IMG/VR virus record: IMGVR_UViG_2816332268_000002
Coordinates: 32,001-96,000 of that record
DNA length: 64,000 nt
Direction: 5' to 3' (one strand)
Origin: a virus
Lineage: Duplodnaviria > Caudoviricetes
Below the pieces are notes generated by a model, which was given only the letters and a program-made list of their open reading frames with translations, was not told where the DNA came from and made no database searches. Positions 9,223-18,800 of this stretch are shown here, in pieces; position 1 is the stretch's first letter, and each line of letters begins with the position of its first letter. The position numbers and the translations under genes were made by a program.

Positions 9223-12200
9223 CGAACTGGCGCAGGTCATCAACGTCCGGCGTATCGTCAACCCACTGGATCCACTCTACGAGATCGAGACGGAGCATTG
9301 GGCTTACCGGCCGGGTGCCACGCTTGCCGACTATTTGCCTCTGGTGCTGGTGGAAGAAGTAGTGGTGTCGCGCAACGGCGGCATCGTGGAGAGCAAGGAT
9401 TTCGGGCTGGTATTCCCGCAGCCGGACGACTTCATCGTGCTCTGCCCGATCCCGCGCGGTGGCGGCGGCTTCAAGGGCATCTTTCGCATGATTGCGATGG
9501 TTGCCGTCGCGATCGTCGCGCCCGAGTTGGCGGGCGCGCTTGTGTCGCTCGGCGGCATTGGCCTGGCAGCAGCAGTCGGCTCGGCCGGTTTAACCGCGAT
9601 CACCGCGGCAGTGACGGTTGGCATCGCGGTCGCTGGCTCGCTGTTGATCAACGCGATTATGCCGCCTCCCACGCCGACGAACAGCTCGAACAACAGTCTG
9701 TCTTCGAGCTCGACATACGGTGCCGATGGAGCAAAAAACACCAGCGCCGAGGGACTGCCGGTGCCGGTTTGCTATGGTGCGTTCCAGATGGCAGGCAACA
9801 TCATCGGCGCCTACACCGAGAACGTCGACAACAGCCAGATCCTCTACATGCTGATCAACGCCGGGGAAGGCCCGATCGCGTCGATCTCGAATATTCGCCT
9901 CAACGATCGGGACATCAGCGAGTTCAAGGAAGTCGCGGTGCAGACGCGTATGGGCGATCCGACCCAAGGAGTGATCGACTGGTTCTCCAAGGTCATCGTC
10001 CCGCACAGCAAGAGCCAGATTCTCCCGCACGATAGCAGCTACCTGCAGTTTTCCACGTCCGATTCGGTCGAACAGGTTCGCCTGGACTTCACGTTCCCCG
10101 CCGGCTTGTTTGCGCTCGATCGCAATTCGGGCGACATGCAGACCAACACCTGCGTCATTGAGGCAGATTATCGCCTCGTGGGTGCAACTGATTGGACGCC
10201 CTTCAGCGCGACCCAACCGTCCTACAAGAACGTCAAGATCCGACCGAAGATCTACCGAGGCGGCTTCCTCGGTAACGATTACCCCAGCGACCCCAGCGAC
10301 AAGATCACCGATTTCGCGATCGTGTATTCGGACACGAATACCGATGTCGATAGTTCGCTCGTCGCTGCGCTGAAAAACCAATACTGGAACTACGTCGGAC
10401 GTCCATACTCGACATGGCTGAGCGCCTTCGGCGGAATGTGGATCTCGACGTCGATCTCGATTCCCGGACGCGGCGGCGCGTTGATCGTGACGGAGAAGAT
10501 GCGTTCAACGGTGCGCCGATCCTACTTCACGCCGCAGCTGCCGCTCGGGAAGTATGAGGTTCGCGTTCGGCGCAACGAGAACTACACCGACTGGACCAGC
10601 GGCAACCCGCGCGTTATCCGCGGCCAGCCTATCACTGGTGACACGTCGCAATCCGAGTGCTATATCACGGACCTGAACGAGATCGTCTACGAGGGTGTCG
10701 CCTATAACCACACGGCGCTCGTGGCTCTGCGCGTTCAGATGGACAGTCAGCTGTCGGGCATCCCGTCGGTCACGTTCACGAACGGTGGTCGGCTTATCAC
10801 GACGATGACGCGCGACAAGGGTGTCATCCAGACGGCACAGTCGGCAAGCGCGAACCCGGCCTGGGTCTACTACGACATGGCGACGAACGGTCGCTATGGT
10901 CCGGGCTTCAGCCCGGATCGACTAGACATGGACTCGCTGTTCGAGTGGGCTGAGTTCTGCGACTCCAATGGCCTGACGTTCAACGCGGTTCTCGACCAGA
11001 CGATGAACTTCTGGGATGCGTCCGCGTATGTGCTGCGCGTTGGTCACGCTCAGGTCATCACGGTCGGCACGCGCTACTACATCGCGATCGAGCGCGCATC
11101 CGATCCCGTGATGATGTTCGGTATGGGCAACATCATGCAGGACACCTTCAAGCAGACGTGGCTGGGCACGGTCGATCGCGCGACCGAAGTCGATGTGACC
11201 TACTTCGACCGGACGGACGGCTACAGGGAAAAGACCGTCAAGGTCACCAACCCGGATTCAGTGCTTGAAGGGCAAAAGCAGAACGCGAGCGCGATCACGC
11301 TGTATGGCGTGGTCGACATCAAGCGCGCCTACATGGAGGGCGCCTTCCAGCTCAACCTGAATCGCTACCTGCAACTGACGTGCGAGTGGCAGTCCCCGGT
11401 CGAGTCCATCGCGTGTGCGCCGGGCGACGTGGTGCTGGTGCAGCACGACATGCCCGCATGGAGCGAGTCGGGTCGCACGGCCGCTGGCTCGAGCAACAGC
11501 GTCATTAAGCTCGACAAGCTCGTCACGATGGAGGCTGGCGGCCGCTATCGCCTGCTGGTTCTGAGCAACACGGTCACGCGCGGGACGTCGGTAATTCAGG
11601 CGATCACCGGGACTTTTGTGCAGGTCGCCAACGGCACGCCGTCGGGACGGCTGATGCGCCTGACGAACGGGGCGGGCGCCGACGTCGGCATCACCAACGT
11701 GCTGCCGGATGGAGTCTATGTCGAATCCACCGCTGGGCTCTCGGTCGGCCAGCCGGTCACCTTCATCGACACCGATGTCGTGGAGGAGCATGACGTCGTC
11801 CTGGCGCCGGGGCAAACCGACACCGTCCAGCTGGTGTCGCCGATGTCGTATGCGCCGGGTCCGTTCATCAACTATATGTTCGGGAAGACGGAGAAGGTCA
11901 AGAAGCCGTTCCGCATCAAGGGTGTGACGCTTGGATCGTCCGATTTCCATCGGACGATCACGGCAATCGAGTATCGGCCGGAAGTCTACGACCTGTCCCA
12001 ATACGAAGAGGTCTACGGCTCGCTCGAGGTGCCGTCTATCGATCCGTCGCAAGGCGTGATCAGTGCCGTCCAGAACCTCACGATCTACGAGGAGACGTTC
12101 GTCTCCGGCACGCAGATCCTTACGAACGTGCGGGCCGCATGGGCGAACCCGGTGGTTGGGGCGTATGCGGGCGCTGACATTCACCTGTCGATCAATGGGG

Positions 12201-15200
12201 CGACGCCGGTGCTCGCTGACACGGTCCGCGGGGATACGAGCTATCTCGTCAAAGGGCTGAACAAGGGTGACACGGTGACCGTGCGCGCGGTTGCGTATGA
12301 CATCTGGGGCAAGCGCGCGAGCTACGATCAATCGCCCACGGTGACCTACAAGGTGGTCGGCTCCGTCTCGAACCTAGCGGTCGCCGATGTAACCGGCGTG
12401 AACTTCATCTGGGCCGGCAAGGATCTGAAGCTGTTCTGGAACTACAACTCGACCACGCAGTCGTTCGAGTTTGGCTCCGAGCCGAACGGCGCGGACAGCG
12501 GTTCGCTGGACCCGCACTTCCTCGACTACGAGGTGCGCGTCTACGACCACAGCCACAAACTTCTGCGCGTCGAGCACACACGCGACAACAACTACATCTA
12601 CACCTACGAGAAGAACGTCGCCGACGGCACGCATCGCCGCGTGACCGTCGAAATCGCCGTGCGCGACGTCTTCAACAATGTCGGCCGGCCCGCCGTCATG
12701 GACGCCTATAACCCGCCCCCGACGGTGGTATCTGCGAACCAGAGCGCCGACTACGATCGCGTGACGATCTCCTACACGCACTCGGACGATACGGACTTCG
12801 CTGGCGCGGCGATCTATCTGAGTGATGATCCGAACTTTGTCGCGGACTCGACAACCCTGGTTTACCAAGGCCCGGACAGCTCTGTGCTGCTGCCGAACCT
12901 GATGTTCAACCACGACTACTACTACGTGCTCGTGCCGTTTGATGCGTTCGGAATGGACGAGACGATTCCGACGCCGAAGTTCAAGTTCCACACGCCGTTC
13001 ATGGACGTTAATGCGATTGCGGACGGTGTGCTGAATGGATCGAAGCTCATCCCCGAACTTCAACAGCGGATTGACCTCGTTGACGGGAACGGCCTCGGCT
13101 CGGTGAACCAGCGTGTGCAGGAGGCGATCGACACCGCGAACAAGGCGATCGCGGCGGCGAGCGCTACATCTGCGGCAGCGACTAAGGACGCGCTCGATGC
13201 GGAGGCGGCAGCCCGCAAGGTCGCAGAGGGCGCACTCACCGCGGCCATCACGACCGAGCAGCAGACGCGCCAAGCGGCTGACGATTCGCTCTCGAGCCAG
13301 GTCCAGTCGGTGACGGCGCGGGTCGATCAGAACGCGGCGGCCATCCAGACCGAACAGACTGCCCGTGCGAACGCTGACAGCTCCTTGTCGACCCGAATCG
13401 ATACCGTTGTCGCCACGACGAGCAACAACACTGCGGCCATTACCAGTGAGCAGAAAGCGCGCACCGATGCAGACTCGTCGCTGTCGACCCGAATCGACAC
13501 CGTGACTGCATCGGTTGCGAGCGCCAACGCCGCAATCGTGAACGAACAGACCGCGCGCGCAAACGCCGACAGTGCAAACGCGTCGAGCATCAGCTCAGTG
13601 CAAGCGCAGCTGGGCAACGCGCTCCTGTTCCGTGTCTCGAGCAACGGTGCATCGGCAGTGGGTGCCGCCGCCACGGGCCTTTACAACGCCGTGTCGGGCG
13701 TGAAGCTGCAGGGTGGTGCACGCAGCTACAACGTTGCGACGGTCGACGCAACCGGCGCCGTGACAGCGCGCGGATCATTCGACGTTTTCAGCAGCACGGC
13801 GGCGCGCGACAATCTGGTGACGCTGTTGAACGGCTTGCCGAACACGGTGACGGTGGTTGTGTGGACGTTCGACGAGCCACAAGGGAACCTCGCCGGCGCG
13901 CTTCAGAATGCGCTGGTGCGCTGCGGCGCGACCAATGCAGTTCTGTCGCAGGTTAAATATCGATCCGCCTACATTCTCGTAGGCGTGCCAGGCAGCAACG
14001 AGGGTTCTGGCACCGAGCTATACGCCGGCGCGGTCGACAGCGACACGAAGGCGTTCCTGACATACACCTTCCAGGTGCTCAACGGGAGGCCCGTGGCAAC
14101 GGCCGGCGGCCAGCTCCCGATGGTGATCCAGGCGAGTGTGACATCCGAGACGAATGCGCGCGTGGCGGCCGATGGCGCGCTGGGGTCGCGAATCGACGCG
14201 GTTGTGGCAAGTGCGGCCGGCAACACCGCGGCCATCACGACCGAACAGACCGCCCGTGCGAGCGCCGACTCCGCATTATCGACCCGCATAGACACGCTGT
14301 CGTCGACGGTAGGCAGCAACACAGCCGCGATCACGACCGAGCAGAAGACGCGCTCGGACGCTGATAGCGCGCTGTCGAGCCGAATCGACACACTCGCGAG
14401 CTCTGTGAGCTCGAACACCGCAGCGATTACGACCGAGCAGACGGCACGCGCGAACGGGGATAGTGCGAACGCGGCGTCGATCACGAACCTGACGACGACG
14501 GTCAACGGCCACACGACCACGATTCAGCAGCAGGCAAGCTCGATCAACGGCTTGAATGCGCAATACACCGTCAAGATCGACAACAACGGGTATGTGGCGG
14601 GCTTCGGCCTCGCGTCGACGACGGTAAACGGTGTGCCGACGAGTGAGTTCGCTGTCCGCACCGATACCTTCTCCGTGAACCTGCCGGGCTACGCGGGCGT
14701 GCATCCGTTCACGATCGGTGCAGTCTACGGTCAGCCGAAGGTGATCATCAGCAGTGCGCTGATTGGTGATGCGTCGATCGACAACGCGAAAATCGGCGAC
14801 TTGCAGGTGAACACTGCAAAGATTGCGGACGGCTCGATCAACAGCGCCAAGATCGGTTACGCTGCGATTCAGTCAGCACACATTGGCGAGGCGCAGATCG
14901 ACACCTTGCGGATCGGCCAGAACGCCGTGACGACCGGTGTGTATTGGGAAACAACAAGTGGATCCAACTACGGATCGGGCTTCACCTATCGGTCAACGGG
15001 CAATCCAGTGTTGTTTATCTTTGCTGGTTTGTCGACAAGCGCCTTTGGTGGCGTTCTCAGCGTCGACGGTAAGCAGCTTGGTGCATACATTGGCGGGCGA
15101 ACAAACCAACAAAACAATGTCGCCATGGGCCTCCCTCTGCCGACCTATGGATGCTGTTCGGCCAATCTTGCACCCGGCGATCACTCCGTGTCGATTACCG

Positions 15201-15244
15201 GTGACATCCATTACGTCATCTACGCAATCGAGTTCAAACGATAA
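9212..15244 (+). CDS. central tail tip/host specificity protein J with gpI-like N-terminus, coiled-coil repeats and ILEI domain
   Basis: ~2010 aa; PVPVCYG, SANPAWVYYD, PGDVV, C-terminal NGYVAGFGL and AKI repeats. Confidence 0.9.
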   Translation: MQSSELAQVINVRRIVNPLDPLYEIETEHWAYRPGATLADYLPLVLVEEVVVSRNGGIVESKDFGLVFPQPDDFIVLCPIPRGGGGFKGIFRMIAMVAVAIVAPELAGALVSLGGIGLAAAVGSAGLTAITAAVTVGIAVAGSLLINAIMPPPTPTNSSNNSLSSSSTYGADGAKNTSAEGLPVPVCYGAFQMAGNIIGAYTENVDNSQILYMLINAGEGPIASISNIRLNDRDISEFKEVAVQTRMGDPTQGVIDWFSKVIVPHSKSQILPHDSSYLQFSTSDSVEQVRLDFTFPAGLFALDRNSGDMQTNTCVIEADYRLVGATDWTPFSATQPSYKNVKIRPKIYRGGFLGNDYPSDPSDKITDFAIVYSDTNTDVDSSLVAALKNQYWNYVGRPYSTWLSAFGGMWISTSISIPGRGGALIVTEKMRSTVRRSYFTPQLPLGKYEVRVRRNENYTDWTSGNPRVIRGQPITGDTSQSECYITDLNEIVYEGVAYNHTALVALRVQMDSQLSGIPSVTFTNGGRLITTMTRDKGVIQTAQSASANPAWVYYDMATNGRYGPGFSPDRLDMDSLFEWAEFCDSNGLTFNAVLDQTMNFWDASAYVLRVGHAQVITVGTRYYIAIERASDPVMMFGMGNIMQDTFKQTWLGTVDRATEVDVTYFDRTDGYREKTVKVTNPDSVLEGQKQNASAITLYGVVDIKRAYMEGAFQLNLNRYLQLTCEWQSPVESIACAPGDVVLVQHDMPAWSESGRTAAGSSNSVIKLDKLVTMEAGGRYRLLVLSNTVTRGTSVIQAITGTFVQVANGTPSGRLMRLTNGAGADVGITNVLPDGVYVESTAGLSVGQPVTFIDTDVVEEHDVVLAPGQTDTVQLVSPMSYAPGPFINYMFGKTEKVKKPFRIKGVTLGSSDFHRTITAIEYRPEVYDLSQYEEVYGSLEVPSIDPSQGVISAVQNLTIYEETFVSGTQILTNVRAAWANPVVGAYAGADIHLSINGATPVLADTVRGDTSYLVKGLNKGDTVTVRAVAYDIWGKRASYDQSPTVTYKVVGSVSNLAVADVTGVNFIWAGKDLKLFWNYNSTTQSFEFGSEPNGADSGSLDPHFLDYEVRVYDHSHKLLRVEHTRDNNYIYTYEKNVADGTHRRVTVEIAVRDVFNNVGRPAVMDAYNPPPTVVSANQSADYDRVTISYTHSDDTDFAGAAIYLSDDPNFVADSTTLVYQGPDSSVLLPNLMFNHDYYYVLVPFDAFGMDETIPTPKFKFHTPFMDVNAIADGVLNGSKLIPELQQRIDLVDGNGLGSVNQRVQEAIDTANKAIAAASATSAAATKDALDAEAAARKVAEGALTAAITTEQQTRQAADDSLSSQVQSVTARVDQNAAAIQTEQTARANADSSLSTRIDTVVATTSNNTAAITSEQKARTDADSSLSTRIDTVTASVASANAAIVNEQTARANADSANASSISSVQAQLGNALLFRVSSNGASAVGAAATGLYNAVSGVKLQGGARSYNVATVDATGAVTARGSFDVFSSTAARDNLVTLLNGLPNTVTVVVWTFDEPQGNLAGALQNALVRCGATNAVLSQVKYRSAYILVGVPGSNEGSGTELYAGAVDSDTKAFLTYTFQVLNGRPVATAGGQLPMVIQASVTSETNARVAADGALGSRIDAVVASAAGNTAAITTEQTARASADSALSTRIDTLSSTVGSNTAAITTEQKTRSDADSALSSRIDTLASSVSSNTAAITTEQTARANGDSANAASITNLTTTVNGHTTTIQQQASSINGLNAQYTVKIDNNGYVAGFGLASTTVNGVPTSEFAVRTDTFSVNLPGYAGVHPFTIGAVYGQPKVIISSALIGDASIDNAKIGDLQVNTAKIADGSINSAKIGYAAIQSAHIGEAQIDTLRIGQNAVTTGVYWETTSGSNYGSGFTYRSTGNPVLFIFAGLSTSAFGGVLSVDGKQLGAYIGGRTNQQNNVAMGLPLPTYGCCSANLAPGDHSVSITGDIHYVIYAIEFKR
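13241..14515 (+). repeat. 96-bp (32-aa) coiled-coil tandem repeats, 4+4 units split by a globular insert
   Basis: Units AAITTEQTARANADSALSTRIDT start at 13241, 13337, 13433, 13529 and 14132, 14228, 14324, 14420. Confidence 0.85.
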
Positions 15245-15253
15245 GGAAGCAGC

Positions 15254-15613
15254 ATGCAGGACTATTTGATTTACGACAGCGATGGCCGAATCACGACGCG
15301 TGCCCGGATGCCGGACGCAATGATCGACATCCAAGTCGTGCCAGAGGGAGGCACGCTGCTGCGTGCACAGTGTGACATTGCTCTGGACTGGGTCGAGGCA
15401 GGCGAAGTTAAGCGTCGCCCGGCCAATCCGGCCACCATTGACGGGATGTCGCTCAAGAACCTGCCGGCGCGATGCACGATCGTCGTTAATGGCGAAGCGC
15501 ATGAATGCGCCGACAATAGCGCAACCCTGTCGTTCAGCCAGCCGGGCACCTATCCGGTGATCGTAAAGGCGTGGCCGATGCTCGATGCAATTTTCGAGGT
15601 GACACAAGCATGA
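15254..15613 (+). CDS. tail-associated hypothetical protein
   Basis: AAGGAAG RBS, follows J. Confidence 0.65.
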   Translation: MQDYLIYDSDGRITTRARMPDAMIDIQVVPEGGTLLRAQCDIALDWVEAGEVKRRPANPATIDGMSLKNLPARCTIVVNGEAHECADNSATLSFSQPGTYPVIVKAWPMLDAIFEVTQA

Positions 15614-15798
15614 AGATCCATCACGAGGTCGACCCGACCCCACTGCGGCAGGCCGACTACCAGGACGTCGGTGAGCAGCTCGACGCCATCATGAAGGGGT
15701 TCGACGCGCTGGCGCGGCAGGGCATCCAGCTCCCGGGCGAGACGCTCGAATGGATCCGACACTGCAACGAGGTGAAGGACCGCTACAAGAAGGAGTGA
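15610..15798 (+). CDS. small tail-associated protein
   Basis: ATGA overlap; RQADYQDVGEQLDAI..W..C..VKDRY pattern common next to tail fibres. Confidence 0.65.
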   Translation: MKIHHEVDPTPLRQADYQDVGEQLDAIMKGFDALARQGIQLPGETLEWIRHCNEVKDRYKKE

Positions 15799-15823
15799 AC
15801 TCGGCTTGTGCGTGCCTTGTAGA

Positions 15824-15841
15824 TAAGTCAGCAATGACTTA
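15824..15841 (+). promoter_or_regulatory. perfect palindromic phage box TAAGTCA-GCAA-TGACTTA, overlapping TATACT
   Basis: Perfect palindrome upstream of the tail fibre gene. Confidence 0.85.
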
Positions 15842-15880
15842 TACTCGCCGGAACTAGAAAGTCGGCAAGGGCACTCACGG

Positions 15881-18800
15881 ATGGCACAACTCAAGGTCAA
15901 ATGTTCGATCGACAACGGCGGTCAGACCGTGACGTTGCCCGGTCAGAACGTGGCATACCGCATTCGGGCGAACAATATTTTCCTGATCGTTGGAGAGTAT
16001 GTGCCCTATGTGGTTGCCGCCGACGCGACCTTCGATGGCACGAGCACGAAGTTCACGCTCGCTGGTGCCTATCAAGGGCAGGGTGGTGTCGGTCTTGATT
16101 GCGCTGTTGCGACGGACTTCACCGTGCCGGACAACCTCCCGACGCTTTCGCAGGGCGATGTCGGCACAGCCGCGATCTTCACGAAGGCGATGTATCAGAT
16201 CCAGGACATGATCAAAGAGGTCAGCCCGGAAGGTTTTGCCGCATCGATCAGTGAGATCCACGCCAGTCTGAACGGAGCGCAACAGGCACAGGCCGCTGCA
16301 GCCGGTTCGGCCGGCGCAGCCGCGGACAGCGCGGCGAACGCAGCCGGCAGTGCGACTGCAGCGGCAGGCAGCTCAAGCGCGGCTGCAGCGAGCAAGTCTG
16401 CCGCTGCAACGAGCGCGGCCAACGCAAAGACAAGTGAGACGAACGCGGCTGCATCAGCGACCGCGGCCGCGAACTCCGCCACGTCGTCCGCGAACAGCGC
16501 TTCGAACTCGGGTTCTTCTGCTTCTGCGTCCGCAGCAAGCTCTATCAGCGCAGCAAACAGCGCGACAAATGCGGCAAACTCGGCAAGCGCTGCGGCAGCA
16601 TCAGCAACGAACGCAAAGGCATCCGAGACAAATTCGAAGACGTCCGAGACGAACGCGAAGACCAGCGAGACGAATGCAAAGGCGTCGGAAACGAGCGCCG
16701 CGTCGTCGAAGGCTGCTGCGGCAACGAGCGCAACCAATGCTGCGAACTCGGCAACCGCTGCTGCGGGTTCGGCCACGGCCGCTGCCGGCTCGGCGAGCGC
16801 GGCGAGTGCATCGGCATCGAGCGCGAGCAGCGCGCTTACGCAGGTTCAGGGCATCCTGACCACAATGAACGCCCTGTATCTGGGCAAGCAGTCTGCCGAC
16901 CCGACCAAGGATAACAACGGTAACCCGCTCGTCGTGGGCTGCGAGTATTTCAACACGACGACGAACCAGATGCGGGTCTACACCAGCACTGGCTGGCAAG
17001 ACCAAGACGCGACTGCCGAAACGATGGCAGCGAACGCGACCGCGAGCGCATCCCAGGCTGCCGGATCGGCCACTGCCGCCGACAACAGCGCCGCAGCTGC
17101 CGCGAGCAGCGCATCGTCGGCCAGCTCGTCGAAGGCTGCAGCCGCAACCAGTGCCACCAACGCGGCGAATTCAGCCAGCGCCGCGGCCGCCTCGCAAACC
17201 AGCGCGGCGACGAGCGCAACGAATGCGGCAAACAGCGCAACGGCCGCGGCGAATAGTGCTGCGCAGGCCCAGACTGCAGTGAGCGGCTACGCCAAGCTTG
17301 ACGGAAGCTCGCCGTTCACGGGGCCGGTCAGTGTCAACAGCGCGCCTACTGCTACGAGCGCGCAGCTCTCCGTTAAGGGCGCGTCCGGCGCAAACGGCGT
17401 CGAAAGCAAGATGCGGTTTTGGGGCACGTTCGGTGGCACCAATACCGATACCGGGTCGCGTCTCATCGCCTCAGTTCGGGCAGGCTTCGACGGCGGAGCA
17501 TGGGGCAAGGAATACCTGGACTTCCTCGTAAACAATTCCGCAAATGATTCTCAGAGCGACGCCAATCAAGCGCGCGCGATGCGGCTGACGTTCGGCGGTC
17601 GAGTGCTTGTGGGTGATACGTCCGACGACGGTTATTCGGGCCTACAGGTCGCAGGAAGCGGGACGTTTGGCGGTGGTGTCACGTCTTCGGGTCTTGATCG
17701 CGGCGGTGCGAATTTCCGGCTGATGAACGGCAAGGACGTGCTGCTGCGAAATGATGGTTCGAACTTCTACTTCCTGCTTTCCAATGGAAGTGGCACCGGG
17801 GCATCGTGGAACAACTATCGGCCGCTTACGATCAATGTTGCCACGGGTGTCGTGTCAATTGACGACACGGGAGTAGGGACGTATGTCGGCGGTCAACTGA
17901 ACGTCAAGGGCATGCTCAACGTGAGCAACGGTCCTGCGGAGGGGCGCGCACTCTTCGGCCCGAGCGGTGGTTACTACTTCGGAAGCGCGACTCAGGCTGG
18001 GTTCTATCTCCCATCTTCCGGGGCGATGTTCGCGTTCGATTTCGCCAAGAAGAATCTGGTTATCGGCAGTGGGAGCGAGGTGTGGCATGCAGGGAACCTG
18101 TCGAGCCCGGCGCAAACGACCGGCATCACTATGTCTGGGCAGTTTCTGGCCGCTGAGGGTTCGGTAGGGACGCCGGGTATTGCGTTTGCGAACGATGGCG
18201 CGCCGGACACTGGCTTTTTTCACGTTGCTGACGGCGTATTTGCAATCACCAATAACAGCCGAGAAACGATGCGGTTTCTGGCTGCTGACGGAACCTATCA
18301 GAATAACCGCGTGCTCATCGGCACGACCGTCGACGACGGCAACATGTTGCAGGTCGGCGGTAACGCTGTTACTCGCGGACTCCACCGATTCGGCAGCGGC
18401 GCAACCACGGCGTGGGTAAACAGTGATGCCACATGGGGTTACTTTCGCTCCAACGGCAATGTGTCGGTCGGGAGTGAAGGTGCTACAGGCTCGCTGCAGC
18501 TGCTTGCAGGGAAAGCAGAGGCCGCGCGGCTGTATCCGGGCGGCCGGATGACGATCGGCGGAATCGCTGACGACGGCACTACGTCTCTCCAATCGAAGGG
18601 GGCGATCAAGGCGATAGGGTCGGTTGGCGCGTTCGTGGCGACGAACGGCGGCGGCGATAAGCAGACCTCGATCATCCTTCGTCGGGAAGCCGCCCCCACC
18701 GATCAAAAACAGTGGGAAGTTCTTCACGGCGGCGATGGCGCGTTCACAATTCGGGCCGTGAACGATGCCTATAGCCAGGCGCAGGACGCGTTCTATATTT

